Assembly (NCBI GenBank): GCA_022813865.1
Contig: JALDZX010000065.1
Coordinates: 1-64,000, forward strand
Source of the DNA: Xylographa opegraphella
Taxonomy: Eukaryota
Reading direction: 5' to 3'
DNA: 64,000 nt
Made by a program: the position numbers and the translations under genes. The notes beneath the pieces were generated by a model. That model saw nothing but the letters and a program-made list of their open reading frames with translations. It ran no database searches and was not told the origin of the DNA. Position 1 is the stretch's first letter; each line of letters starts with the position of its first letter. This document shows positions 50,170-63,743 of the stretch, one piece after another.

Positions 50170-52407
50170 TGAAGGAGCATAAGAGTTGTTAGACTATCGA
50201 GTCTATATCAGACCGCTCTCCATGAACTGCAGCTATTGCAGGAATCGTAAGCTTCGCGGAATAAGTCACGTCAACTGAAGGAACGCGACACACCTGTTGA
50301 CGTCGATTGCAGGAGAGGCTGTTTTGTGGAGAATGCGCCTCTGGCGGCCGCCGGATCAACTAGTTTCAATGTTCGTGGCACGCGAGTGTGGGAAAGTGCT
50401 TCCAGAGCTATCAGAAATATTGTCCACAGGCGTAGGATTCTCAGTCATATCCTCCTTGGGATTGCTATTCTGTACCTTAGATATTTCGCACTGACGCGTC
50501 AGATGCGTCTCATCTATAGTGTCTTGCTTCGTCACTAACTACGGAAATTTTCATTGGTGCTCTACATAGCAGGTTGTTAAGTTTGTTCAAGTGCAATCGG
50601 GCAGCTTGAGGAAAACATGTGCACTTCTTTGCTGAAATCTAGAGCCGTGGAGTAGAGCTGGCGACTGTGTTGCTAAATCGATTCAATTTCTCTATATGGA
50701 GCTATCAACGTAAGATAGTGGGCTATCAAGAATGTAGATGTTGTACTCCGTACTTGGCCAGAGTCAAGATCGACCGTACAGAAAAAGTGGGAATCGACAC
50801 TTATGGCAACGACGACTATATCATATATGTCATCGGGATATACTGAGTACCTCTGAATGTTCCGCAGATTGGCTGTGTGTAAGAAGTAGGAAAGGATTAT
50901 CCAATCGGCGACGTGCGATAACATTTATAAGACTACCAAAGAGACACCGTCAGAGCGATTGAGAGCTGATCGGTACAATTGCTTGTAACCTCGAAGAGAA
51001 CAAGATTTGAATGAAGAGGAAAATTCTCCTTGCCTCTAAGGACGAGGGCCAGTTGTTGATCTAGGCTGGTGAAGTCATGTATCAGACATGGAACAACGAC
51101 GTGGCTTTGCATTCGTGCGAAACACCGCTGAATTCTTCGTATGCAGTCTGACCTCCTCAAGAAACAATTTCGAGACATCCATCAGCGCTCAAGAAGTATG
51201 AATATTACCAGTCATACTACTGTTTAACGGTCAGATATTGGATCTTGTTGCTTCGTTTTGCCGAACACGATTGTATCAGCCAGGCGACTGATACATCGAT
51301 GACTATAGAGTCTAGATCATGAGCGTTGGCGACTGGCTGAGCCTTTAATAACTTGGAGCTGTTTTGTTGACTTCAGTAAGAGTAAAGAGCAGCACTTCCG
51401 CCGTCGTTTGGCTGCGCTGTCGCACATATTCCGCAAAAAACCATAGCTACTACTATGCTGTGGTTTCAACCAAGTGGTTGCTTAAGGTATTCAAATTCCA
51501 CTTTTGCTTCGCTCTGATTGATTCCAATGCTATACTTCCTAGTTTTGTTTCGTGTCGCGTCACACAATTCACGTTATTGCGATCAAAGTCGTTAGTTAAG
51601 CATCAATCGCTATCGAGGCCATCCCGCACCAAGCCAACCGCCCAAGCTTCAAATGCAGGAACAAACAAGGATGCAACAGGCACTAAAGACCGCAACACCA
51701 ACAGCCAACGAATCGCAACTCAGCTCATTTCCTGCCTCTGGCCATCATCAACCCTAACACGCGAAATTAGACAGGCTCGCGGCAAGGAGCTATGACCGGA
51801 TCAGCCAGTCCTCTGCGAGCTATCGCCAGATTCTGCAACGTTTCGAGAGAGAGTCATGGCTAGCACGGACGTGGTCTGCGTTAGTCACTGTTAGCAGGAG
51901 GGCAGATATTGCCGCAATTTTGATGCAATCTCCACGTTCGCGATCGTTGTTGCGCGCGACGGCCCTCCCATATCATTCCACCTCTCCCTTGCGGAGACCG
52001 TTTCAATCCTTTTGCCACTTTACACTCTTTCGCTCTTACATAGACCTGTTACTCACGGTCCTATTCATCCTCTCGTCGAGCTGCGCTCCCATCACACTCA
52101 CTTGAACAATCTCATTGTCACTAAGCATTGACAAAGTCACTCGTTAGACACCAGTCGCACGGCGCAACAGCAAAAGAATCAACAACTCTGCATCCAACAC
52201 CCAAGCCTCAACCTCAGATCCTCTCTTCAGGTTCAAGCTACAGCAACAAGCTCCTCTCAAACACTCATTCTCGGCGCATCTGTGTATAATCCGCACTCCA
52301 TCACTACCGTCCAAGGTCACGGTCTCTACATCGCACCACCACCGCGCAACACATCGCGCACACTCAAGGCAATCGCGCCACCGCACTCATTATCTCTCAC
52401 ACTCACA

Positions 52408-52809
52408 ATGCGCTCCCCGCTGCAATTCCTGCTCGCCTTCCTCCTGCTCCTCGCGCCCCTCGCGACCGCCCAATCCTCCGCCACCACCACCACGACCGTA
52501 ACCTCCACCTCGACCGTCACGCGCACCGTCGTGCTCGCCTCCGTGACTTCCACCGTCACGATGGGCGCGAACACCACGCTCTCGACCGCGTCCTTCACCG
52601 CCGCCTCCTCCGGCTTCTTCTTCTCCTCCTCGCCCTCGTCCGCCTACCTCGCGTCAGCTTCCTCGGTGACATACTCCTCGGCGGGCGTCCCTCCGTCGGC
52701 GCCGACGGACTCGAATCCGTACCAGTACATGGGCGCCGCGCCGACCGTGAAAGTCGGCAGCGGAGCTGTGGTTGTGCTGGCGGGGTTGGTGGCTGCGCTG
52801 GCGATATGA
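52408..52809 (+). CDS. Small secreted Ser/Thr-rich, probably GPI-anchored cell-surface protein
   Basis: Signal MRSPLQFLLAFLLLLAPLATA, S/T-rich core and a C-terminal GAA..hydrophobic tail GAVVVLAGLVAALAI. Confidence 0.8.
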   Translation: MRSPLQFLLAFLLLLAPLATAQSSATTTTTVTSTSTVTRTVVLASVTSTVTMGANTTLSTASFTAASSGFFFSSSPSSAYLASASSVTYSSAGVPPSAPTDSNPYQYMGAAPTVKVGSGAVVVLAGLVAALAI

Positions 52810-53604
52810 TCGGGATAGGAGGGAAAAGGAGTAGGAAGGAAGGTTGGATGGGAGGAAGGTCGGCCGTCCGGGGGACTGGCAACGGTTGCGAACGTGGACG
52901 TCTATTTCTCTTCAGAACTCGAGTGCGCTCGCCATTTGTCGCTGATGCCGTATTCGCGAGTCTCCTTTTTTCTTCTGATGACGGTGGGGTTAGGTGCCCC
53001 ATCTTGCGTAGGGGAAATGGCTAGGTGATGCTCCAGCGGGCTTTGAATGCTGCGTATGAGGATGGGGGCTTTTCAGGGGCTGGTATAGTTCGCGCGGAGC
53101 GGTTCATTGTCCTGTGGATGTTTCTGAGATCCGAAGGTGAAAGGGGGTAGGGTTGGTGTATATAATTGGGCAGGATGGGAGGGAGAGGAGAGGGGGGATT
53201 CGAATACTTAGTTCACTGGATGTGTGCTTGCAGTTAATGTGTAATCTTGACGCCGTCGTCGTGCTGCTGCTGCTGTGATGTGTCCTGTCGTGATATCACG
53301 TTGTCCATGCTTTGTGTAATATGCAGTGATCAGTAACTAGGTGCTGTGTGCGACCTCAAAGTGGTAGCGGCTCTTTCGACATGTCTCACGCGACCACGCC
53401 CGCGATACCATGAACGATCGGATTGACTTTGTTGAATGCAGCGATCGCTTCAACTGCACAGCTCTGCGGGTCTCGAACGGACTCTTGAAAACTCGCCTAC
53501 CGTCTATATGAACAATGGTCTATGGATGCGCTGTGGGCCAACTGTCGACCGTATCGTGTGACACCAGCGTATCGTATCATTTCGTCGTTCGTTTTCTCGT
53601 CCGC

Positions 53605-55525
53605 TCATGCCTTCCCATTCTCCACCACGCCCACCGCTCCAAGTGTGCCCCTAACGCCTCCCTTCCCACCCACTTCCCGTGCGGTGACTAGCACTCCTAA
53701 ATCACCCCCCACGTTGACCATCACTTCTACTTTACCGCCCTTCTTGATCCCCTTGACGGCCGCTTCCGCCAGGACCTTGCCGACCTTCCACACCTTTTCT
53801 CTCACCTCTTCTTCCTCGTCCTCACTGTCGTCCTCTTCGTCCTCGCTGTCTGCCTCGGCAGATTTGCCGTTCGTTTTGGACTTCGGCGAAGCTTTGGAGA
53901 CTTTGATGGCGCAGACGCCTTCGCAGACCTTGACGAGCACGTCGCCGCCTTCCCGGGGAGAGTTGAAGATAGCAGTTCGCCGGGCGGGGGCTGCGGTCTC
54001 GGCTTCCAGAATCGGCTTGAAGACGCCTTTCTCACTGTCCTCTGAGACGAGCAGGACACCGACTGCACACCGAAGGTGGGGTGTAACGGTGACCATGGGG
54101 TGGGCGGATTGCACAATATCCTCGAGGTCAAACTCCTGAATGAGGGATGCTTGAATAGCGGCCCCACGAGCGGCGAGGTCGGAAGGATTGATGGCTGTCG
54201 ACGATGTGGAGGGGGAGAGTATCGTTGTGGAATCCGGGAAGAGAGATTGAAGGTTCGATGCGATTTTCGGGGTGTGCGAGGTTCCCCCTGAGAGAATGAC
54301 TTCATCGATGTCAAGGACATCAAGATCGGCCTTCTTGATGGCACCTTCGATGAGGCGAGTGAAGCCAGCGAAAATCTTGCTGGACAAGGTCTCGTAACGG
54401 GTACGATTGATGGTGGAAGCAAAGTCTATACCCTCGTTGAGACTCTCCACACTGATTGTAGCATTGGCACTCAGGCTTAGAGCTTTCTTGGTGGCTTCGG
54501 CTTCGAGTTTGAGTTTGGCAAGGCCACGGGCGTGCTCTCGAGGATCACTCTTGTGCTTCTTCATAAATTCCTTGGAGAAATGGTCGATTAGAATCTGGTC
54601 TAGTTTGGCGCCATTGAAATCGTAATCGTGGGCTGTAGCTAGAATGCTATACATGCCTCCTCTGGAAGCGATGACGGCAATGTCTGACCTTGTGCCTCCC
54701 AGATCTGCGACCACTACAATCTTGTCTTCTATTTTCGCTTCTGATCGAGCATCGTAGGCGAGTACAGCCGCTATGGGCTCTGATATGAACTGTAGGACTT
54801 CGATACCTGCCTCCTTTGCAGCCTGATCAAGGGCATGTTTTTGTTGCTCTGTGAAGTTTGTAGGAACCGTAATGACTGCAGAATTAACCTGTTTTCCTAG
54901 AAAGTCAGATGCGGAGGAAGCTAGTCGACGGATGTGACGTGTTGTGATTTCAGAAACTGTGATAATATTTGGTGTTTCCGAATCAGTATCGTGTATGGAA
55001 AAGGCAACCGTAGAATCGTGTTTTATTGGATGAGCGGAAGGATGACATGGTGTCGGATCTATTGCGTCAAATCTGCAGTTGTAATTTAGCCAGGTTCGTC
55101 TGAAATTGTAAACATTGTATGAACTCTTTTCCTAGGAAGTCCCGGAAATATGCAACAGTGTTCTGGCTATTCCGGACTAGTTGCGCTTTTGCCTGCGTTC
55201 CGTTGAATTCTTCACCGCCAACATAAGATAATATTGACGGTATCTGACGGTCTGTTGTCCGTCGAGGTCAGTGAATGGATCCGTGCAACCGCAATGGGCA
55301 GGCATTGAGCCCCGACGCTTCACTCACCTCCCTCCTCGTTCGCTATTACAGTCGCTTTGCCCTCCTAGAATCTTGTTAGTATGTACTGTTAAAGACGCCA
55401 TATGCCGCGTGTATACGGACCAAAGATGTGTGTGCGATTGAGCTATTAGAATTCCCGAAAGAAAGCCCAATTGCATATCGCTCGGGCGGAGTAACAGTCG
55501 CTCCTTCATCGTCGTCGACACTCAT
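53605..55525 (-). CDS. SSZ1: Ribosome-associated complex Hsp70 Ssz1
   Basis: AIGLSFGNSNSSIAHT, IANEEG|DRQIPS, VADLGGTRSD..RGGMYSILATAHD and LSGGTSHTPKIA. Introns 55365-55420, 55252-55327 and 55073-55124. Confidence 0.95.
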
Positions 55526-55824
55526 TTCTCTAGTAAAGTCTCTATAAGCTGTAAGAAAAAGGTAGTTGGCGGTCAAGATGCAGTTTGTCTCTCCAAGAAA
55601 CCACGGTATGTAAAATGTGCAGCTCACAAACGTTACTGCCTCGCATGAGTTTGGGAACTTTTTTTGAGGAATCCGATAAAGTCTTTCGCTTGCTTCCCGC
55701 CGCTTGTGCAAGGCGGCGCTACGTAGTACGATGGTGCCAGAAAGCACGCCATCCCCATATAGGCTCGACGAATAACGCACCACTGCAGAGAATGCAAAGT
55801 GTCAAGCCACTGTTGATCTTCACC

Positions 55825-56618
55825 ATGACAACTCAGGCCTTGGTAGTACCGGGCGAGAAGCTCTCAAACGATATTCTTCCGGTGCCTTTGGACTCATCAC
55901 ACCCTCTCAAGTTAGGACCTGGTTTACGCCATGTAGCGCCATCGACAATAACCCCCACAGTTGCCGGCCTATTGTTTATAGATCAGAGAAAAAAGGCGAT
56001 ATGGGTTGAGAACAACAATGGACGGGTAAGGCATCCTGTCCACATCAGCAGCTATACAGATGCCAACATGATTGTCAACTATAGTATGTTCCTCAAGTCA
56101 ACGATGTTGTCGTGGCTACTGTTCATCATTCGTCAACCGACGTTTTCCATTGTGCCATTACACCCCAAACGACCTTCGCACAATTATCCCATCTCGCTTT
56201 CGAAGGTGTGAGTAAAAAGACACGTCCCCAGCTCGCTTCAGGCAGCTTGGTATACGCCAAAATAACCTCGGCTTCAAAGCACATGGATCCTGAAATTACC
56301 TGCTGCAATCCCTCCACTGGGAAGAGCGACGGCATGGGAGAATTGAAAGAAGGTATGGTCTTTGATCTGAGCTTAGGAATGGCAAGGAGACTGTTGTTAG
56401 CCAAGCAACGGGAAGAAGGTGGTCTCGTTATCCTCGAAGAAATTGCTGAGAAAATCCCTTTCGAAATTGCCGTTGGGAGAAACGGAAAGGTGTGGGTAAA
56501 CTCCAAAGGAGTGAAGGAAATACTGCTGGTAGGGAACGCATTACAAGAGACGGACAAGCAAAGGTTGAGCATTGATGGACAGAAGAAGCTCGTGAGAAGG
56601 CTCTTGAAAAGTATCTGA
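55825..56618 (+). CDS. RRP40: Exosome complex component Rrp40
   Basis: LKLGPGL, WVENNNGR|YVPQVNDVVVATVH, LSHLAFEGVSKKTRPQL, GKSDGMGEL and FEIAVGRNGKVWV. Intron ~56026-56083. Confidence 0.93.
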
Positions 56619-56760
56619 ATCACAACAAAGGATTCTGGTGGAACACGCTTTCATTTACACGTCCAATCTAGTTTCGAGTCCTCATCACCAGATACTGCTC
56701 ACCCCACGAGCTCATAATGATGCGGTCAGTCGAGTCTGAAGTCGAGCCACCAGTCGAGCC

Positions 56761-57787
56761 CTATGCAACCCCAAACAGCGCTTCGTATGCCGAATCGGAC
56801 AACATAGTTCTCATCATAGTTGGTCCGATTGCGTACTTATGATTGATATCCACCAACTTGCTTTCTTCAGAGCCGTCCTCCTTTATCCTATCTCTTCCTG
56901 AGATCTCCAACACCTCCAAATTGTTAATCTTAAGCAAATTGGCGATACCGGGCGCCTCTGTCAATGTTCCATTGAACATTCTTGGCCAATCCCACTTCTT
57001 CTTCTTCAGCAGTGTTGAAGGCGGTATGGACTCGACATCCATCACAATGTGCAATTTGGTCAGAAATTGAAGCTTGCTGAGGTCCTTGAAGACGAGGTTG
57101 GCGAGGTTGTGTGCGTACTGGAAGCTCAACTCAGCAAGGAAACGCCGGCGATCTCCGATTCCGTCAAGAAAGTCTCGCATGTGAGTCATCTTGTATTTGC
57201 AGTCGAACACGAAATGGTTGCGCTTGTAGAAGATGCCGACAGCCATCTCGAAGACCTCACGGCTGGTGAGCAGAAGTCCTAGCCTAGACGGAGTTAGGCG
57301 ATGGTGGACGGTCTTGTTATCTCCGAAGGGCGCCTTGCAACTGTACTTCTGTGGAGCCTTGTGTCGCATGATGACTTCATGCTCATTGAGCAGACAGTTT
57401 CGAACATGGGCGCTATAGCAACTCAATGTGTAGGGGCCTCGCCCCCAGCGCCTCGGGCTGATCTTATCCGGAAGTGTCAGGTGAAATTCATAGATGATGC
57501 ATTTAAGCTCTAATGGGAGCTTTGAGAACTGGTCGAATCTCTGGAGCTTTCTCCGTCTCCTGAACATCTTGGCTATGGCAGCAGTCGGTGGCTGTGGCGG
57601 CAGGTTTGCCGAGTCATCCAGATCGTCTTCTTCAGAGTCCTGCAAAGATAAGCTTCGAGACCTTCAGCTGAACTGACTAGGAGGGCGTAGAGGAATATTC
57701 ACCGATAGGTCCTCGGACTTAATGTACATGTCGTCAAGTGGGGGCATCGTTCCCGTTGATGATACGCTAGAAGGTCAAACTTACCAT
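56761..57787 (-). CDS. Hypothetical protein with F-box/2EXR-like N-terminal motif
   Basis: FDQFSKLPLELKCIIYEF...LLLTSREVFEMAVGIFYKRNHFVF..FLDGIG. Short 5' exons (start 57787 or 57747) are spliced to the acceptor at ~57641. Confidence 0.72.
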
Positions 57788-59379
57788 TTGATCGTCAGCT
57801 TCAATAGTCAACAGAGCATGGTTGTTGGATAACCCCAACAGATCAACAACGAGAGCAAGCAGCGCGAAGTGCTGTGATGTCTGGATTTGGACCATAGGAG
57901 CTGATTCTGGAGGGCACTTCGCTCAGAGATGGCGAAGATAGAAGAGAAGGAGCTGGAAGACGCTCAAGGATCACATCTCAGGTTTTCGCTAGCAACAACA
58001 CTTCGAGCAGCACTAGCAGATTCACTACTCCGCGCCCGAAGCTTTGCATTTCATTTACAATGCTTACTTATCTTGGTAGATAGCTGGGTCTATTTGGGCA
58101 AAGCAAGTTTGTATAGGTAGTTTATTTGATCTTAACCCTTCGGGTTCATTGCCAAAGGCAGTGCACGGCTTTATGGATCATTCCATGAGGGACTCAGCCT
58201 CGCTTAACAGAGCCCTGATGACTCGGGGGTTTTTACATCCGCTCCGAAGACAACAATGAATGAACATACCATATTAGTATTTGATTGTCTTTTCATTTTG
58301 GAGTCTTGTGTTCGCTACGCATTGTTCTCATAACGTGATAACACAATCGGCATCTACTTTGCTACCATTCTTCGGTGTGTTTCTCTGGTAGTCCCTCAGG
58401 CACTTCTCAAATCTGTCGAACATTTGTCGCAGCTTCCGGTGGAATCTTGGAGCTATACCTCGATTGTTTCACGAGCTGTATTTTTTTGTTCCACATCTGC
58501 AATTTAACACTAAATTTGGATACACTATTCAGGACATGCATACAGGAACGCCGCCCTAGCAACAACAGGTCTTCTAAAGACGAAGCACACTCACTACCCG
58601 CTCCGCAGAAAGTTCTATCTCAGCCTTCCAATAGCTACGTTCGAGATATCTTCGGCAACCTACACTCAAGCCCCTAGGTAGCAACATCAGGATTTCTTTC
58701 TTCGGTATGGTCGCCAATAGGCATCGCCACTGACCACTTCCAAAAAATGACGCCCAGGCATTCGCTAGGGTCATTTACTCAAGAGAACTCGTACTGGATC
58801 TTTACCGATACAGATTATGCAAGGAGTGTGACGTGAAGTACAACGATCAGGCTCTTATCTTCCAGCTTTGATGTTGTTGGAGAAGAGTACAAGAAAGCTA
58901 TATCGTACAGTCTGCAAAGTTCCTTGTCAATTGTACGGTAATTTCAACCTCCTAGCTCCGTCGCTACGAGTAGTCCGCCTATAGTCTGTCCGATCACCTT
59001 ACACAAGAAACCCAGTTGGCGTATTTCCAGAGTTATACCCACGCTGAAAGCTCTTTAGGGACAGTTTCCTGGAACGTGGGATTATCATGCTAAGAGGAGA
59101 GAAGGGAGTCACATGCCTCATACCTGACAGTGATGAAATATTGGCCGAGTTTACTCTATAGAATCTCCGCAATAGCATTAACAGATGTTGTCTTCCGAAT
59201 CATGTTCACCATGAAGACTTCGCTTCTAAGAATCCTCAACATGTCTTGATGCTCGCCAATAAAAGGGCGCTGGGAATTTACGTGGTGTCTTTTGTGAAAT
59301 TTCTTGTTCGATTGTCCACTTTGTACTTTTATAACGCTACAGAGCTTTCATCCTCTCGCAGTTCTCGTCGCTCTAAGCC

Positions 59380-61560
59380 TCAACCTGAGACGCGTAGTCG
59401 TCTATTAGGTCCTTCGTCTTTTCCATCCATAAAAATATTCTCCACATACCATGTTCAGGGCCATGGCCATTCTGTCGAACAACAGTATTCAATAAAGCCG
59501 CTTGCCGTAATTCTTTTATAATAACCTTTTCCAGTTAGTAAGACTTGTTCCATCCTGTCTTTTCATCGATATACACGACACCCGGCCATTCTAGTCCAGG
59601 TTGTCCGATTGTATTTCCAGGTAGCTCAGCGACAGGCTCAAGCATCGCGACCGAAAATGCGGATGCGCCAGTGCCGAGGAATCTTCAAACGATAGGCTCG
59701 GCGTCCTGTATATATGCTCAAGCATCTTGAAAGGGTCCGCGTATTGCTGACTGAGCTTTCGGCTTTTTGCGGAGTGGATGTTGTAGCTTTATACAGTCTC
59801 AATATGGCATAATAATAGCCCACGGAGAGGAAGCGCTCAATGACGTCTATCATAATGATGTTATTGATATATTAGCTATTGCTATACCCCAAGTGCATCT
59901 TCAGGTACCGATGGCCGCTTCTCTATTCTCCACCAGTTTCTGCTTTGACGACTGACTCGGAACGCATCAGATCCTCGTGATGTTCCCAACATGCATTGAG
60001 GTGCTCCTGTAGCTCTTTTGTCTTCAGTTTTTTCACTTGTAGCCCGATATGCGCGCCAAACCGGTTCAGATGGTAGCGGCGAATGTTCTCCAAATCGGCC
60101 TTCACCAAAAGACTTAAACCCTCGTTAACATCAAAACCATGAACGAGCCAAGCGCGCGTACTCGACTTTCGTCGAATACGCTCAAGTACCACCCTATGCT
60201 CTCCGTCACAATGCTCGAACCTAATCCAGACCCAGCCAGAGTCCCGTCCAAGAGGCCTAGGCCTGAAAGACCAGACGCTGTGTGTGTGTATGTCGACAGT
60301 GCTACCATTTTGACACAGTAGTGATCAAATCGATCATGTTAAAGAAGATGCTGTCCAGCCATGAATCAGATGCTTGACGGACCATGCGGGATCAGGTCGT
60401 CTTGGAAAGTGGTCTGTATACCAGATCCGAGAATTGCGCATATGTATGAGGTCCTCCCATCAATCCTTGACCCATCCTTCGGTAAACCTATTGCCCATTT
60501 GGGGTGAAAAACCCCGTTTTGTTTATGTTCTGTTGTTATAAGGGGAATGGCCCAGTACCCATTGGATGCGTCTGTGGAGAGACACGCCGTGTATCGCGGT
60601 TTTATAAGAATGTCTATTCGTTAGCGCATCTTCATGTAAATAAGAGCCCGCACGAGCTCGATCTTTAGGACCATGAGACATTAACAAATTTTGGATGATC
60701 ACACCAATCTTTCCAGGTAGTCATCTTTATACCTTCGGTAGATATCGGGGTCTTCCGCCTCCGAGCAGTATCTGTAGTGTGGAGTCGGCTTGCCAGAGTC
60801 GCGTTCTGCTTTCCGTTCGACGGATTGCTTCGTGAGAGTAACGGACGATTGTCCGGCTTCGACCCTTTCGCTCGTTTCTTTCTCCATCTCTTTTACTTGT
60901 CCAGGAGTTACGAACCCAAGGACTCCACTTAGCTTTTTTAGGTAGGGCGTTTCCATGATCGTAGGCCCTCCACTCGGTCCTGTAAAGGTATTTTGGCGCT
61001 ATTTCTTACACGCCTTAGATCTCTTGCCGTAATAATCGACTTTTTAGACTGATCCTTGGCTCTTTGGGTTAAACGTAGGCGGACAACTGTCAGAAGAATG
61101 TGTGCCGCGTCTTGGTACTTTATGTGTTTTCAGCTGGGGGTTGTGCCGGGACCAAAAGTCTTGCTACAGATTGCTTTAAAAGAAGTTCAACGAATCGAGC
61201 TAAAGTTCCACTTTGTGTAAAGTGATGTCTCTCAGAAGGTCTTTTTCCATACCGCTCAGTTCCAGGGAGTGCCACGCATGGGCCGCACCTCTGAAACATA
61301 ACGAAAGTATGTCCCAGATTACGGCTTCTCCCTTAAATTCGGCCATGCTTATGAATCTATCAACAAATGCGTATACGTCTCGGTAGCAGATGTTTGTTCC
61401 CATATTAACAATGGCACCAGTGCCCTCAGCATTGAGATCGAAGTATCCGATGTCTTCGGATTTTATATAATAATTCGTTGTAAAAATAAGCGCACCGCTT
61501 TCCAGAAACTGGGCTGCTTATTGCCTGATCGGGTCCTGCTGGAAGATTCCTGCCATTACT
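59380..61560 (-). mobile_element. Degenerate Ty3/Gypsy (chromovirus-type) LTR retrotransposon relic
   Basis: Gag-like EDIGYFD..YRDVYAFVDR..CFRGAAHAWHSLELS (~61200-61460), RT fragment DASNGYWAIP..KTGFFTPNGQ*VYRRMGQGL..PHTYAQFSDLV (~60415-60590), integrase C-terminal KLSQQYADPF..GRRAYRLKIPRHWRI (~59660-59760) and chromodomain-like remnant (~59390-59545). Stops and frameshifts throughout. Confidence 0.82.
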
Positions 61561-62994
61561 TTAAAGATGATTTCGGCCAGTCGTTTTTCGGTAAGATTAT
61601 TTAATGCCTGAGGCGGGGAATTCGGAGGGGGACTAGGGTCATTGGATAATACCGAAGTCTGGGAAATATCTGGAGATTTTGGTAAGTGTACTCACTCGAA
61701 GGACTGAGCCGAGGCACTACTATAGAAGCTCCTCCCTAACGGTTTTGGAAGGATAAATAAAAAGTTATCTGTAAGCTACTTCATCAAGCAGAGCTAGGTC
61801 CAGATCGCCGGAGAAGTCAGACGGCACGAGACTCTTCAAGGGCTCTCGGTCCGAGGGCCCATTATATAGGGCCTCAGTGGGCTCAAAGTATGGATGCAAA
61901 CAGTGTAAGAAATGTAGCGATGTAACACGCTCAAGGAAGCTGCTCTGGACTGGACTGATGTAGATCTGTCCTTTTGTGGTATGTACGGCGAGGTGATGAC
62001 GTCTGTACGAAATGCCTTGAGGTGGAAGGAGGTATAGCTCGATTCGGATCTGAATCGACCATCTCAAGGGAAGGAATGATCTGCTTTTTGGGAGGCACAG
62101 ATCTTCTGCAGGCCGGTGCTCGGCTTGGCTGAAATACCATCAAGTGAGTCTTGATACAACATGCGCCACGGAACAGAATACAGAAACGGATGTATTAATC
62201 ATTTTCGGTGCTCTATGAGATTCTGAGTGCAGTCATAGAGTGCTCGGCATATAGAATCAAGCAATGAGCTGTTCGTGATCGAACAAACCTCTCCTGATTG
62301 TATTGTAGCAGCGAGGCAGTGTCCAAGAGAGGTAACAAAGTTCGCATTCATATTTGGAGACATGATATATCCTACTTTAAAGCAACGAAAAGCGACCCAA
62401 GGGTTGGACTTTGTTAGGTTGATATTCACATATTTGTTGATCATTCCAAGAATTAGTCATTTCAAGCACACCGTTCCATTTCCATGTACAGCTTTTGAAA
62501 AATCGTGGATACATTGAGTGAGATCACGGGTAACAACAAATAAGTTCGAGAAATCATATCTCTCGTGGTCCACAGATAGTTTCACTTGGGTATGTAGCAT
62601 CAAAAGGCAGATTGACAGCAACATTAGTTGTAAGATGCGGAAACACAAATGAGATAGGCGAAGGTGGGGAGTCTTATGGTCTCCGATTGATGTGAATCAT
62701 CTCTGTCCTATATTGATGTGAATCTTCTGTGCTCCATATCGTTTGCTTGCGGAAGGGAGTGAATGTCATTTCAAGACGACATGTTCTGTATGTGTGATTT
62801 GATTGATAGCCTATCCGCATGTGACGCAAAGTGACTGATTGGCACCGCAGAAATCACGAATACCTTGCAGTCTCGGTCTATTGCTGGTCCGAATCTCGTC
62901 TGTCGCGATCTCTGTATGGCGATGATGGTGATCGTGGTCAAGACAACAAATGTCTTGCGCGTAGAAGTGTGGTTGGACGGCATTTAGAATTCGT

Positions 62995-63743
62995 TCATTG
63001 AAGACTTATACCAACTTCAAGCACGCTAACATAACGGATTTGGGTTTCTGGCAATTCCTCATCGTCTTGTTTTCGTGATTCGTCGGAAGTGGGGCTTTGG
63101 CCATCATCCATAGCATCCTTGTTACCATACATCTCTGCTCCATCGAAGCTCTTCCCTTCCGCTCTTGTCTCTGCCGGCTTCTCATCCACCACAATATCGT
63201 CTATGACACCAACACTACCAGTCCTTAGCCTCACTCTGCAATCTTGTTGACCCTGAAAGAACAAAGCCAGGCCTAGCGCTCTCTCGATAGCTTTATTCGT
63301 AGCTTTGAGAGTCACTTCCTCTGGTTCCTTGTGTTGCTTTCCAAGTGTTGAGAGTCTCTGCCTGTCGCTACCTTTGCCGCCAACAAGATCGACTTTCCCC
63401 ATGGCGCGCTTATCTACCTGCGCAAGGAGTTTCCGAACGCGCTTGACTACTGAGATGAAAGGAGTGCTGGACGAGACATAGATGACTTTTGGCTGCGAAG
63501 CATTGGTGTACGGCGACGGGATAGCTGGATGAAGGATGGGACGTTTCTCGATCCGCGCATCTATCGCGTCGTGATTAGCTGTCAACTGTCCGGGAAGTGT
63601 GCGAAGCTCCTACGATTTGGTAGGCGCTTGAGCTTGTGATGTTGCTGCTGCTTCTTCTCTTCACGCTTGGCTGATGACGGCGCCATTCTTGGCCTCTTAA
63701 TAACCAAGAGGCCTTCAAGTATGATGATTCACGGCTCCTTCAT
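62995..63743 (-). CDS. POP7: RNase P/MRP subunit Pop7/Rpp20 (Alba fold); 5' exon uncertain
   Basis: HHKLKRLPN|HARIEKRPILHP, IYVSSSTPFISVVKRVRKLL, VTLKATNKAIERAL, VRLRTGSVGVIDDI and RYVSVLEVGI. Intron ~63561-63613. Confidence 0.85.

Noticed and set aside
41637..55525. Two Hsp70-superfamily genes (SSE1, SSZ1) within 14 kb
   Set aside because: Ancient, distinct subfamilies separated by unrelated genes, with no evidence of a functional cluster.
63691..63714. 8-bp hairpin GGCCTCTT..AAGAGGCC near the POP7 5' end
   Set aside because: Single short stem, the 5' exon structure is unresolved, and no function can be supported.
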